A stretch of DNA of 64,000 nucleotides from Anthoceros angustus (lineage: Eukaryota > Plantae > Anthocerotophyta). This document shows positions 37,773-52,452 of the stretch, piece by piece. Location of the stretch: assembly GCA_010909165.1 (NCBI GenBank), contig VJWM01000281.1, positions 75,247 through 139,246 on the forward strand, written 5' to 3'. Within the stretch, counting starts at the first letter, position 1, and every line of letters begins with the position of its first letter. The notes under the pieces were generated by a model. The model ran no database searches. It was not told where the DNA came from and was given only the letters and a program-made list of their open reading frames with translations. The position numbers and the translations under genes were made by a program.

Positions 37773-39489
37773 CTCAATGCACCGGAGTGGATCAAAGAAG
37801 GAGATGTTTCTTGAAGATCACTTTTGGTCTTTGCCCTCTTCCTCTTCTTGTTCAAACATGAAGATCACTTTTGGTCTTTGCCCTTTTCTATTCTTGGAAT
37901 TTTGATGCATTAAGCGAGGAAAATGCAAATGCTAGCCTAGTCTAGAAAAATAATGAGTTTTGCTTTCTCACCGTCTTCTTGTTCAAACATGAAGATCACT
38001 TTTGGTCTTGAAGATGGGAGCTTGCTCAATCCGCCACTTGGCCAATCACGATGATTACTTTTGGTCTTGAAGATCTCAATGCACCGGAGTGGATCAAAGA
38101 AGGAGATATGGGAGCTTGCTCAATCCGTGATTAACAAAAGCTCATACACTCTTAAGTGCACAAGCACGAAGCAATTGTAACTATGGTTGATATAAACATA
38201 ATTTCTAAGAAGGCACAAGTTGGTCTTGAAGATCTCAATGCACCGGAGTGGATCAAAGAAGGAGATAGTTCATACATGCCACATAAGCAATCATGCTTTA
38301 GTAGAGAAATTGATCCAAAATAGAATGGGTGTAGTTTCTCTTTGATGTAGACTAGGTTTTCAAAGTTTTGGTGTTTCATACTCAAGATGGGGTATTGTTA
38401 TTCTATTACTTGGCCAATCACGATGATTACTTTTGGTCTTGAAGATCTCAATGCACCGGAGTGGATCAAAGAAGCTTGATCACATGTTGTATGATTCCCC
38501 AATGTGCCAAGAGATTATTCTATTACTTGGCCAATCACGATGATTACTTTTGGTCTTTGCCCTCTTCCTCTTCTTGTTCAAGGTACAATACACTATTTCA
38601 AGATCGCAGTGGACATTTGAAAGGTCCTTGAGATAGCTTTGGCACGACTTTTGTGGAGCAACCCACTAATGTTTCATTATAACTTATTTCAAGATCGCAA
38701 AGTGGACATTTGAAAGGTCCTTGAGATAGCTTTGGCACGACTTTTGTGATTTTGGTTTTGCCCAGCTCTTACGCTTGCCCATGTTTCTCAATGTCTTGTT
38801 CAAACATGAAGATCACTTTTGGTCTTGAAGATCTCAATGCCATGTGATTATTCTTTTACTTGTTCAAGGTACAATACACTATTTCAAGATCGCAAAGTGG
38901 ACATTTGAAAGGTCCTTGAGATAGCTTTGGCACGACTTTTGTGATTTTGGTTTTGCCCAGCTCTTACGCTTGCCCATGTTTCTCAATGTCTTGTTCAAAC
39001 ATGAAGATCACTTTTGGTCTTTGCCCTCTTCCTCTTCTTGGCATTTTCGGCTGATTTGTGGAGCAACCCACTAATGTTTCATTATAACTTATTTCAAGAT
39101 CGCAAAGTGGACATTTGAAAGGTCCTTGAGATAGCTTTGGCACGACTTTTGTGATTTTGGTTTTGCTTTCTCACCGTCTTCTTGGCATTTTCGGCTGATT
39201 TGTGGAGCAACCCACTAATGTTTCATTATAACTTATTTCAAGATCGCAAAGTGGACATTTGAAAGGTCCTTGAGATAGCTTTGGCACGACTTTTGTGGAG
39301 CAACCCACTAATGTTTCATTATAACTTATTTCAAAAACTTTAATCAAATCCAAAATAGAATGGGTGTAGTTTCTCTTTGATGTAGACTAGGTTTTCAAAG
39401 TGGACATTTGAAAGGTCCTTGAGATAGCTTTGGCACGACTTTTGTGGAGCAACCCACTAATGTTTCATTATAACTTATTTCAAGATCGC

Positions 39490-39850
39490 AAAGTGGACAT
39501 TTGAAAGGTCCTTGAGATAGCTTTGGCACGACTTTTGTGATTTTGGTTTTGCTTTCTCACCGTCTTCTTGTTCAAGGTACAATACACTATTTCAAGATCG
39601 CAGTGGACATTTGAAAGGTCCTTGAGATAGCTTTGGCACGACTTTTGTGATTTTGGTTTTGCTTTCTCACCGTCTTCTTGTTCAAGGTACAATACACTAT
39701 TTCAAGATCGCAGTGGACATTTGAAAGGTCCTTGAGATAGCTTTGGCACGACTTTTGTGATTTTGGTTTTGCTTTCTCACCGTCTTCTTGTTCAAGGTAC
39801 AATACACTATTTCAAGATCGCAAAGTGGACATTTGAAAGGTCCTTGAGAT
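39490..39850. repeat. 110-bp tandem loop, ~3 copies
   Basis: GTCTTCTTGTTCAAGG restarts at 39562, 39672 and 39782. Confidence 0.85.
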
Positions 39851-42411
39851 AGCTTTGGCACGACTTTTGTGGAGCAACCCACTAATGTTTCATTATAACT
39901 TATTTCAAGATCGCAAAGTGGACATTTGAAAGGTCCTTGAGATAGCTTTGGCACGACTTTTGTGATTTTGGTTTTGCCCAGCTCTTACGCTTGCCCATGT
40001 TTCTCAATGTCTTGTTCAAGGTACAATACACTATTTCAAGATCGCAGTGGACATTTGAAAGGTCCTTGAGATAGCTTTGGCACGACTTTTGTGATTTTGG
40101 TTTTGCCCAGCTCTTACGCTTGCCCATGTTTCTCAATGTCTTGTTCAAACATGAAGATCACTTTTGGTCTTTGGAAGATGTGCAAGCTTGATCACATGTT
40201 GCTCACCCTAATAAACCCCACGGTCCTAGTTCATGTAGTTCAACCGCCACTTGGCCAACTACTAGTTGAACTGCAATTCAACGCCTGCCAATCGAGGAGG
40301 TCTTTACTATGTAGAAAAGGTTTTTTTTTTTTTTTTGGTTGGAAGTTTCATGCCAAAGTGGTTAAAAGTAACGTTTGGGTCGGACCGTTCGATGATAGTT
40401 CATACATGCCACATAAGCAATCATGCTTTAGTAGAGAAATTGATCCAAAATAGAATGGGTGTAGTTTCTCTTTGATGTAGACTAGGTTTTCAAAGTTTTG
40501 GTGTTTCATACTCAAGATGGGGTATTGTTATTCTTCTTCTATTTATCTATCTAGGTACATGATGGCATCAACAAATCCATCAATTGCAAGAATGTATCCA
40601 AGCGATGGACAATAAACACCAACAATATTTTTGCCAACTTCATTGCTAGTTCTAAATAAAGCTCCAAAACCTACATTATTTACATCGTCCTCAAATTAGC
40701 ATACAATGAGCCTAATTGTGTGTCTTCGTATGTGGGGGCGAGTTTGATCTTGGCATGCAAGTCCTTGCACTACATGTCGGTACTAGGTGCTTCTTTGGCT
40801 TCTTGATCCCACTCCTCGTGAGACAGTTTTATGAGCCTCCAATGCGCCATGTGATTATTCTATTACTTGGCCAATCACGATGATTACTTTTGGTCTTTGC
40901 CCTTTTCTATTCTTGGAATTTTTGACGATTTGTTGAGTAGCCTACCAACTACGGACCGTGATCCAAGGACGAGCATAGTCTCGATGAGCTAAGCACCTAA
41001 TCGGTGCAGACGAGCTTGCGAGATGGTGGATGCGGCAAGGGCTGCGACTAACCATAGTCGTGCTAGCCTAGGTTAACTCACTAGAGCATAGTTAGCAAAC
41101 CGTAGTCAAGAACCTCGGGTTACACAAATTGGACATGGACACGGACCAAGCCGGGGCTACAAGTCACACGCCAAGATCAAGAAGACTCTCTTCTTCATGC
41201 CCCTCGCCTCGCGGCCGAGGCCCTCGTCATGTCGCTCATATATGGTATCAGCCTATCCATCGATGCATTGCGACCGATGTTTCTTGAAGATCTCAATGCA
41301 CCGGAGTGGATCAAGAAGGAGATAGTTCATACATGCCACATAAGCAATCATGCTTTAGTAGAGAAATTGATCCAAAATAGAATGGGTGTAGTTTCTCTTT
41401 GATGTAGACTAGGTTTTCAAAGTTTTGGTGTTTCATACTCAAGATGGGGTATTGTTATTCTTCTTCTATTTATCTATCTAGGTACATGATGGCATCAACA
41501 AATCCATCAATTGCAAGAATGTATCCAAGCGATGGACAATAAACACCAACAATATTTTTGCCAACTTCATTGCTAGTTCTAAATAAAGCTCCAAAACCTA
41601 CATTATTTACATCGTCCTCAAATTAGCATACAATGAGCCTAATTGTGTGTCTTCGTATATGTGGGGCGTAGTTGATCTTGGCATGCAAGTCCTTGCACTA
41701 CATGTCATTTAGGTGCTTCTTTGGCTTCTTGATCCCACTCCTCGTGAGACAGTTTTATGAGCCTCCAATGCGCCATGTGATTATTCTATTACTTGGCCAA
41801 TCACGATGATTACTTTTTGGTCTTTGCCCTTTTCTATTCTTGGAATTTTTGGTGATTTGTTGAGTAGCCTACCAACTACGGACCGTGATCCAAGGACGAG
41901 CATAGTCTCGATGAGCTAAGCACCTAATCGTGCAGACGAGCACCGCGACGAGATGGTGGATCGCAGTGGACATTTGAAAGGTCCTTGATAGCTTGCGACT
42001 AACCATAGTCGTGCTAGCCTAGGTTAACTCACTAGAGCATAGTTAGCAAACCGTAGTCAAGAACCTCGGGTTACACAAATTGGACATGGACACGGACCAA
42101 GCCGAGGGGCTACAAGTCACACGCGCCAAGATCAAGAAGACTCTCTTCTTCATGCCCCTCGCCTCGCCGCGGCCGAGGCCCTCGTCATGTCGCTCATATA
42201 TGGTATCAGCCTATCCATCGATGCTGCACCGATGTTTCTTGAAGATCTCAATGCACCGGAGTGGATCAAAAGAAGGAGATATGGGAGCTTGCTCAATCCG
42301 CCGTGATTAACAAAAGCTCATACACTCTTAAGTGCACAAGCACGAAGCAATTGTAACTATGGTTAGTTGATCCTAGGTTAGTCTCTCAAGCTAAACTAAC
42401 AGTACATCCTA

Positions 42412-42455
42412 TAGCTAGCTAGCTAGCTAGCTAGCTAGCTAGCTAGCTAGCTAGC
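42412..42455. repeat. (GCTA)n expansion, ~11 units
   Basis: Directly visible. Confidence 0.9.
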
Positions 42456-44988
42456 CCTCGTGCTATGTCCATCATAGCCTCGCGATCGACTATGTCCTTC
42501 ACGGGAGCTTGCTCAATCCGCCACTTGGCCAATCACGATGATTACTTTTTGGTCTTTGCCCTCTTCCTCTTCTTGGCATTTTCGGCTGATTTGTTGAGTA
42601 GCCTACCAACTACGGACCGTGATCCAAGGACGAGCATAGTCTCGATGATAGTTCATGTAGTTCAAATCCGCCGTGATTAACAAAAGCTCATACACTCTTA
42701 AGTGCACAAGCACGAAGCAATTGTAACTATGGTTGATCTTGGCATTTTCGGCTGATTTGTTGAGTAGCCTACCAACTACGGACCGTGATCCAAGGACGAG
42801 CATAGTCTCGATGATAGTTCATGTAGTTCAAATCCGCCACTTGGCCAACTACTAGTTGAACTGCAATTCAACGGCCTTAATCGAGAGGTCTTTACTATGT
42901 AGAAAAGGTTTTTTTTTTTTTTTGGTTGGAAGTTTCATGCCAAAGTGGTTAAAAAGTAACGTTTGGGTCGGACCGTTCGATGATAGTTCATACATGCCAC
43001 ATAAGCAATCATGCTTTAGTAGAGAAATTAATCCAAAATAGAATGGGTGTAGTTTCTCTTTGATGTAGACTAGGTTTTCAAAGTTTTGGTGTTTCATACT
43101 CAAGATGGGGTATTGTTATTCTTCTTCTATTTATCTATCTAGGTACATGATGGCATCAACAAATCCATCAATTGCAAGAATGTATCCAAGCGATGGACAA
43201 TAAACACCAACAATATTTTTGCCAACTTCATTGCTAGTTCTAAATAAAGCTCCAAAACCTACATTATTTACATCGTCCTCGAAATTAGCATACAATGAGC
43301 CTAATTGTGTGTCTTCGTATATGTGGGGCGTAGTTGATCTTGGCATGCAAGTCCTTGCACTACATGTCGGTACTAGGTGCTTCTTTGGCTTCTTGATCCC
43401 ACTCCTCGTGAGACAGTTTTATGAGCCTCCAATGCGCCATGTGATTATTCTATTACTTGGCCAATCACGATGATTACTTTTTGGTCTTTGCCCTTTTCTA
43501 TTCTTGGAATTTTTGGTTTGTTGAGTAGCCTACCAACTACGGACCGTGATCCAAGGACGAGCATAGTCTCGATGAGCTAAGCACCTAATCGGGCGAGCGG
43601 CCGCACGAGATGGTGGATCGGCAAGGCTGGCTGCGACTAACCATAGTCGTGCTAGCCTAGGTTAACTCACTAGAGCATAGTTAGCAAACCGTAGTCAAGA
43701 ACCTCGGGTTACACAAATTGGACATGGACACGGACCAAGCCGGGCTACAAGTCACACGCCAAGATCAAGGACGAGCATAGTCTCGATGAGCTAAGCACCT
43801 AATCGCGTGACGAGTACCGTGACGAGATGGGCACCCACAGCACGAGGAGCGGCTTGCGACTAACCATAGTCGTGCTAGCCTAGGTTAACTCACTAGAGCA
43901 TAGTTAGCAAACCGTAGTCAAGAACCTCGGGTTACACAAATTGGACATGGACACGGACCAAGCCGCAGGGCTACAAGTCACACGCGCCAAGATCAAGAAG
44001 ACTCTCTTCTTCATGCCCCTCGCCTCGCCTCGCCGTCGAGGCCCTCGTCATGTGCGCTCATATATGGTATCAGCCTATCCATCGATGCATTGCGACCGAT
44101 GTTTCTTGAAGATCTCAATGCACCGGAGTGGATCAAAAGAAGGAGATATGGGAGCTTCGAACGATCGAAAGCTGTTAGGGCTTAGGCAGACAAGCCTTGT
44201 CATAGCATTAGGGCTTATCCAGCTTCTAGAAAGGTAGTTAATATAAGCGGCATCCTACGAGATGGGCACCCACGAGCACGAGGAGCGCGGCAAGCTGGGA
44301 ACGAGAGAGTCTCTTGGATCTTGGGAACGGACTGAAGTAGCCCGCGCCCTTGTCCGAGCACGTGTTCAAATATTTGACTCACCTTGTTCTTGACTAGAGT
44401 ATGCCTAACTCTGGTTAGTTGATCCTAGGTTAGTCTCTCAAGCTAAACTAACCGTACATCCTATAGCTAGCTAGCTAGCCCTCATGCTTGCAGCTATGTC
44501 GGACGCCGCCACGGCCCTCGGCGATTAGGTGGCTCGGCTATGTCCATCATAGCCTCGCGATCGACTATGTCCTTCACGGCTGGAGCTTGCTCAATCCGCC
44601 GTGATTAACAAAAGCTCATACACTCTTAAGTGCACAAGCACGAAGCAATTGTAACTATGGTTGATATAAACATAATTTCTAAGAAGGCACAAGTTGGTCT
44701 TGAAGATGGTGCTGTGTCGTATTCACGGCACCATTCTTGCGTGCCTTTTGAGACATGTTGTATGATTCCCCAATGTGCCAAGAGATTATTCTTTTACTTG
44801 TTCAAACATGAAGATCACTTTTTGGTCTTTGCCCTCTTCCTCTTCTTGGCATTTTCGGCTGATTTGTGGAGCAACCCACTAATGTTTCATTATAACTTAT
44901 TTCAAAAAACTTTAATCAAATCCAAAACATATACAGATGTCCAAACAGTTCACAAATCAGGCGTGACGAGGAAAATGCAAATGCTAGC

Positions 44989-45248
44989 CTAGTCTAGAAA
45001 AATAATGAGTTTTGCTTTCTCACCGTCTTCTTGGACCGCGTCAACCCGTAGTAGACATCGATTGGCACGCTTAGGCTATGAATATCGCCTCAAATATTTT
45101 TCACAGTATGCCGAGGCGACCCTGATTCTTCTTGTTCAAGGTACAATACACTATTTCAAGATCGCAAAGTGGACATTTGAAAGGTCCTTGATAGCTTTGG
45201 CACGACTTTTGTGATTTTTGGTTTTGCCCAGCTCTTACGCTTGCCCAT
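44989..45248 (-). CDS. ELF1: Elf1-like, copy 9 (frameshifted as written)
   Basis: ATG 45248, stop 44989; same motifs as the consensus. Confidence 0.75.
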
Positions 45249-48200
45249 GTTTCTCAATGTCTTGTTCGTGAGTTAGGCTCTTTATTTTCTTGGGATCTAA
45301 AAACGAAAGGAGACGGTTACTAGGATTCAATACCGTATTTGTTCACACGATGGAACATATATAGTCTTTCTTTCGGTGAAATTTCTGGTATTTATTCAAA
45401 GATATTTACAAGCCAGCTCACAAAAAACCCTATTGTGGCTATCATGATGTGCAAGCTTGATCACATGTTGCTCACCCTAATAAACCCCACGGTCCTAGTT
45501 CATGTAGTTCAAATCCGCCACTTGGCCAACTACTAGTTGAACTACATTGCTGGCGAGGAGGTCTTTACTATGTAGAAAAGGTTTTTTTTTTTTTTTGGTT
45601 GGAAGTTTCATGCCAAAGTGGTTAAAAAGTAACGTTTGGGTCGGACCGTTCGATGATAGTTCATACATGCCACATAAGCAATCATGCTTTAGTAGAGAAA
45701 TTAATCCAAAATAGAATGGGTGTAGTTTCTCTTTGATGTAGACTAAGACTAAGCTTGAACTATCATTGAACTACATTATTTACATCGTCCTCGAAATTAG
45801 CATACAATGAGCCTAATTGCTTCTCTTTGCATGAATAGGTTTTCAAAGTTTTGGTGTTTCATACTCAAGATGGGGTATTGTTATTCTTCTTCTATTTATC
45901 TATCTAGGTACATGATGGCATCAACAAATCCATCAATTGCAAGAATGTATCCAAGCGATGGACAATAAACACCAACAATATTTTTGCCAACTTCATTGCT
46001 AGTTCTAAATAAAGCTCCAAAACTACATTATTTACATCGTCCTCGAAATTAGCATACAATGAGCCTAATTGTGTGTCTTCGTATATGTGGGGCGTAGTTG
46101 ATCTTGGCATGCAAGTCCTTGCACTACATGTCGGTACTAGGTGCTTCTTTGGCTTCTTGATCCCACTCCTCGTGAGACAGTTTTATGAGCCTCCAATGCG
46201 CCATGTGATTATTCTATTACTTGGCCAATCACGATGATTACTTTTTGGTCTTTGCCCTTTTCTATTCTTGGAATTTTGGTGATTTGTTGAGTAGCCTACC
46301 AACTACGGACCGTGATCCAAGGACGAGCATAGTCTCGATGAGCTAAGCACCTAATCGTGCAGACGAGCACGAGATGGTGGATCAAAAGAAGGAGAGATGG
46401 GAGCTTGCGACTAACCATAGTCGTGCTAGCCTAGGTTAACTCACTAGAGCATAGTTAGCAAACCGTAGTCAAGAACCTCGGGTTACACAAATTGGACATG
46501 GACACGGACCAAGCCGGGGCTACAAGTCACACGCGCCAAGATCAAGAAGACTCTCTTCTTCATGCCCCTCGCCTCGATGATAGTTCATGTAGTTCAAATC
46601 CGCCACTTGGCCAATCACGATGATTACTTTTTGGTCTTTGCCCTTTTCTATTCTTGGAATTTTGGTTGGAAGTTTCATGCCAAAGCTGGTTAAAAAGTAA
46701 CGTTTGGGTCGGACCGTTCGATGATAGTTCATGTAGTTCAAATCCGCCACTTGGCCAATCACGATGATTACTTTTTGGTCTTTGCCCTTTTCTATTCTTG
46801 GAATTTTGGTTGGAAGTTTCATGCCAAAGCTGGTTAAAAAGTAACGTTTGGGTCGGACCGTTCGATGATAGTTCATACATGCCACATAAGCAATCATGCT
46901 TTAGTAGAGAAATTAATCCAAAATAGAATGGGTGTAGTTTCTCTTTGATGTAGACTAGGTTTTCAAAGTTTTGGTGTTTCATACTCAAGATGGGGTATTG
47001 TTATTCTTCTTCTATTTATTCAAAGATATTTACAAAGCTCACAAAAACCCTATTGTGGCTATCATGATGTGCAAGCTTGATCACATGTTGCTCACCCTAA
47101 TAAACCCCCACGGTCCTAGTTCATACATGCCACATAAGCAATCATGCTTTAGTAGAAATTGGGCTTAAGTTTTGTTGTTATTGGGCTTAAGTTTTGTGGT
47201 TTGTATTTACTAACTTTGTTTTTTTTGGTTGGAAGTTTCATGCCAAAGCTGGTTAAAAAGTAACGTTTGGGTCGGACCGTTCGATGATAGTTCATGTAGT
47301 TCAAATCCAAAATAGAATGGGTGTAGTTTCTCTTTGATGTAGACTAAGACTAAGCTTGAACTATCATTGAACTACTAGTTTGGCATGGACCTCGATGATA
47401 GTTCATACATGCCACATAAGCAATCATGCTTTAGTAGAGAAATTGATCCAAAATAGAATGGGTGTAGTTTCTCTTTGATGTCTTGTTCAAGGTACAATAC
47501 ACTATTTCAAGATCGCAAAGTGGACATTTGAAAGGTCCTTGAGATAGCTTTGGCACGACTTTTGTGATTTTTGGTTTTGCCCAGCTCTTACGCTTGCCCA
47601 TGTTTCTCAATGTCTTGTTCAAACATGAAGATCACTTTTGGTCTTTGCCCTTTTCTATTCTTGGAATTTTTGGTTGTTTTGATGTAGACTAGGTTTTCAA
47701 AGTTTTGGTGTTTCATACTCAAGATGGGGTATTGTTATTCTTCTTCTATTTATCTATCTAGGTACATGATGACATCAACAAATCCATCAATTGCAAGAAT
47801 GTATCCAAGCGATGGACAATAAACACCAACAATATTTTTGCCAACTACTAGTTGAACTACATTATTTACATCGTCCTCGAAATTAGCATACAATGAGCCT
47901 AATTGTGTGTCTTCTTGTTCAAGGTACAATACACTATTTCAAGATCGCAAAGTGGACATTTGAAAGGTCCTTGAGATCAAGAAGACTCTCTTCTTCATGC
48001 CCCTCGCCTCGCCGCGGCCGAGGCCCTCGTCATGTGCGCTCATATGGTATCAGCCTATCCATCGATCTGCACCGATGTTTCTTGAAGATCTCAATGCAGG
48101 AGTGGATCAAAAGAAGGAGATATGGGAGCCGCACCAACGATCGAAAAATTTAGGGCTTAGGGCAAGAGCAAGCCTTGTCATAGCATTAGGGCTTATCCGA

Positions 48201-49602
48201 CTAGAAAGGTAGTTAATATAAGCGGCATCCTACGAGATGCACGAGGAGCGCAAGTGGGAACGAGAGAGTCTCTTGGATCTTGGGAGAAGTGTGGACCGCC
48301 ATAAAAGCATCTGGATTCTCAAGGTAATATGTTTTGCTTTCTCACCGTCTTCTTGTTCAAACATGAAGATCACTTTTGGTCTTTGCCCTCTTCCTCTTCT
48401 TGTTCAAACATGAAGATCACTTTTGGTCTTTGCCCTCTTCCTCTTCTTGTTCAAGGTACAATACACTATTTCAAGATCGCAAAGTGGACATTTGAAAGGT
48501 CCTTGAGATAGCTTTGGCACGACTTTTGTGATTTTGAGACATGTTGTATGATTCCCCAATGTGCCAAGAGATTATTCTTTTACTTGTTCAAGGTACAATA
48601 CACTATTTCAAGATCGCAAAGTGGACATTTGAAAGGTCCTTGAGATAGCTTTGGCACGACTTTTGTGATTTTTGGTTTTGCCCAGCTCTTACGCTTGCCC
48701 ATGTTTCTCAATGTCTTGTTCAAACATGAAGATCACTTTTGGTCTTTGCCCTCTTCCTCTTCTTGGCATGCAAGTCCTTGCACTACATGTCGGTACTAGG
48801 TGCTTCTTTGGCTTCTTGATCCCACTCCTCGTGAGACAGTTTTATGAGCCTCCAATGCGCCATGTGATTATTCTTTTACTTGTTCAAACATGAAGATCAC
48901 TTTTGGTCTTTGCCCTTTTCTATTCTTGGAATTTTGGTGATTTGTTGAGTAGCCTACCAACTACGGACCGTGATCCAAGGGCGAGCATAGTCTCGATGAG
49001 CTAAGCACCTAATCGTGAGACAGTTTTATGAGCCTCCAATGCGCCATGTGATTATTCTATTACTTGGCCAATCACGATGATTACTTTTGGTCTTTGCCCT
49101 TTTCTATTCTTGGAATTTTTGGTTTTGCCCAGCTCTTACGCTTGCCCATGTTTCTCAATGTCTTGTTCAAACATGAAGATCACTTTTGGTCTTTGCCCTC
49201 TTCCTCTTCTTGGCATGCAAGTCCTTGCACTACATGTCGGTACTAGGTGCTTCTTTGGCTTCTTGATCCCACTCCTCGTGAGACAGTTTTATGAGCCTCC
49301 AATGCGCCATGTGATTATTCTTTTACTTGTTCAAACATGAAGATCACTTTTGGTCTTTGCCCTCTTCCTCTTCTTGTTCAAGGTACAATACACTATTTCA
49401 AGATCGCAAAGTGGACATTTGAAAGGTCCTTGAGATAGCTTTGGCACGACTTTTGTGATTTTGAGACATGTTGTATGATTCCCCAATGTGCCAAGAGATT
49501 ATTCTTTTACTTGTTCAAAAACTTTAATCAAATCCATATGGACATATACATATGTCCAAGCAGTTCTAAATCAGGCGTGGCGAGGAAAATGCAAATGCTA
49601 GC

Positions 49603-49860
49603 CTAGTCTAGAAAAATAATGAGTTTTGCTTTCTCACCGTCTTCTTGGACCGCGTCAACCCAAAAGACATCGATTGCACGCTTAGGCTATGAATATCAAT
49701 CTCAAATATTTTTCCAGTGCCACGAGGCACGACCCTGCTCTTCTTGTTCAAGGTACAATACACTATTTCAAGATCGCAGTGGACATTTGAAAGGTCCTTG
49801 AGATAGCTTTGGCACGACTTTTGTGATTTTTGGTTTTGCCCAGCTCTTACGCTTGCCCAT
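49603..49860 (-). CDS. ELF1: Elf1-like, copy 10 (frameshifted as written)
   Basis: ATG 49860, stop 49603; noisy 3' half. Confidence 0.7.
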
Positions 49861-52452
49861 GTTTCTCAATGTCTTGTTACCGTGAGTTAGGCTCTTTATT
49901 TTCTTGGGATCTAAAAACGAAAGGAGATTACTAGGATTCAATACCGTATTTGTTCACACGATGGAACATATATAGTCTTTCTTTCGGTGAAATTTCTGGT
50001 ATTTATTCAAAGATATTTACAAGCCAGCTCACAAAAACCCTATTGTGGCTATCATGATGTGCAAGCTTGATCACATGTTGCTCACCCTAATAAACCCCCA
50101 CGGTCCTAGTTCATGTAGTTCAAATCCGCCACTTGGCCAACTACTAGTTGAACTACTAGTTGAACTACACCCGAATTGCCAATGCGAGGAGGTCTTTACT
50201 ATGTAGAAAAGGTTTTTTTTTTTTTTTTTTGGTTGGAAGTTTCATGCCAAAGCTGGTTAAAAGTAACGCTTTGGACCTCGATGATAGTTCATACATGCCA
50301 CATAAGCAATCATGCTTTAGTAGAGAAATTGATCCAAAATAGAATGGGTGTAGTTTCTCTTTGATGTAGACTAGGTTTTCAAAGTTTTGGTGTTTCATAC
50401 TCAAGATGGGGTATTGTTATTCTTCTTCTATTTATTCAAAGATATTTACAAGCCAGCTCACCTTGTTCTTGACTAGAGTATGCCTAACTCGTTAGTTGAT
50501 CCTAGGTTAACTCACTAGAGCATAGTTAGCAAACCGTAGTCAAGAACCTCGGGTTACACAAATTGGACATGGACACGGACCAAGCCGCAGGGCTACAAGT
50601 CACACGCCAAGATCAAGAAGACTCTCTTCTTCATGCTTCTTTGGCTTCTTGACTAGAGTATGCCTAACTCGTTAGTTGATCCTAGGTTAGTCTCTCAAGC
50701 TAAACTAACGTACATCCTATAGCTAGCTAGCCCTCGTGCTTGCACTACATGTCGGTACTAGGTGCTTCTTTGGCTTCTTGATCCCACTCCTCGTGAGACA
50801 GTTTTATGAGCCTCCAATGCGCCATGTGATTATTCTATTACTTGGCCAATCACGATGATTACTTTTGGTCTTTGCCCTCTTCCTCTTCATCAATTGCAAG
50901 AATGTATCCAAGCGATGGACAATAAACACCAACAATATTTTTGCCAACTTCATTGCTAGTTCTAAATAAAGCTCCAAAACCTACATTATTTACATCGTCC
51001 TCGAAATTAGCATACAATGAGCCTAATTGTGTGTCTTATATGTAGTTGATCTTGGCATGCAAGTCCTTGCACTACATGTCGGTACTAGGTGCTTCTTTGG
51101 CTTCTTGATCCCACTCCTCGTGAGACAGTTTTATGAGCCTCCAATGCGCCATTTGATTATTCTATTACTTGGCCAATCACGATGATTACTTTTGGTCTTT
51201 GCCCTTTTCTATTCTTGGAATTTTTGGTGATTTGTTGAGTAGCCTACCAACTACGGACCGTGATCCAAGGGGCGAGCATAGTCTCGATGAGCTAAGCACC
51301 TAATCGGTGCAGGCAGCACGAGATGGTGGGCTGCGGCAAGGAGCTGGCTGCGACTAACCATAGTCGTGCTAGCCTAGGTTAACTCACTAGAGCATAGTTA
51401 GCAAACCGTAGTCAAGAACCTCGGGTTACACAAATTGGACATGGACACGGACCAAGCCGCAGGGCTACAAGTCACACGCCAAGATCAAGAAGACTCTCTT
51501 CTTCATGCCCCTCGCCTCGCTCGCTGTCGAGGCCCTCATGCGCTCATATATGGTATCAAAGCCTATCCATCGATCTCATGCGGTGTTTCTTGAAGATCTC
51601 AATGCCTGGAGTGGATCAAAAGAAGGAGATATGGGAGCTGACCGCATCGATGTTAGGGCTTAGGGCAGGAGCAAGCCTTGTCATAGCATTAGGGCTTATC
51701 CGCTTCTAGAAAAGGTAGTTAATATAAGCGGCATCCTACGAGATGGGCACCCACAGCACGAGGAGCGGCAAGGGAACGAGAGAGTCTCTTGGATCTTGGG
51801 AACGGATGGTAGCGCGCCTTGTCCGAGCACGTGTTCAAATATTTGACTCACCTTGTTCTTGACTAGAGTATGCCTAACTCGTTAGTTGATCCTAGGTTAG
51901 TCTCAAGCTAAACTAACGTACATCCTATAGCTAGCTAGCTAGCCCTCGTGCTTGCAGCTATGTCGGACGCCGCCACGGCCCTCGCCGTGGATTAGGCGGC
52001 TTGCTATGTCCATCATAGCCTCGCGATCGACTATGTCCTTCACTGGAGCTTGCTCAATCCGCCGTGATTAACAAAAGCTCATACACTCTTAAGTGCACAA
52101 GCACGAAGCAATTGTAACTATGGTTGATATAAACATAATTTCTAAGAAGGCACAAGTTGGTCTTGAAGATGGTGCTGTGTCGTATTCTGGCACCATTCTT
52201 GCGTGCCTTTTGAGACATGTTGTATGATTCCCCAATGTGCCAAGAGATTATTCTTTTACTTGTTCAAACATGAAGATCGCTTTTGGTCTTTGCCCTCTTC
52301 CTCTTCTTGGCATTTTCGGCTGATTTGTGGAGCAACCCACTAATGTTTCATTATAACTTATTTCAAAAACTTTAATCAAATCCATATGGACATATACATA
52401 TGTCCAAAGTTCTCAAATATTTTTCAAAGGTGAGGAAAATGCAAATGCTAGC

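Larger units (their letters stand above)
25000..40150. repeat. Scrambled zone: ~15 kb mosaic of unit fragments joined at short microhomologies
   Basis: Unit order is lost. Segments switch at shared words such as TCTTCTTG, TTGTTCAA, TGAAGAT, TTGGCCAA, TTTCATGCC and GGAGCTTGC. Confidence 0.9.

Noticed and set aside
25000-40150. CRISPR-like array suggested by recurring short repeats
   Set aside because: There is no constant repeat with unique spacers; the intervening sequence is itself unit-derived, and the context is eukaryotic with no cas genes.
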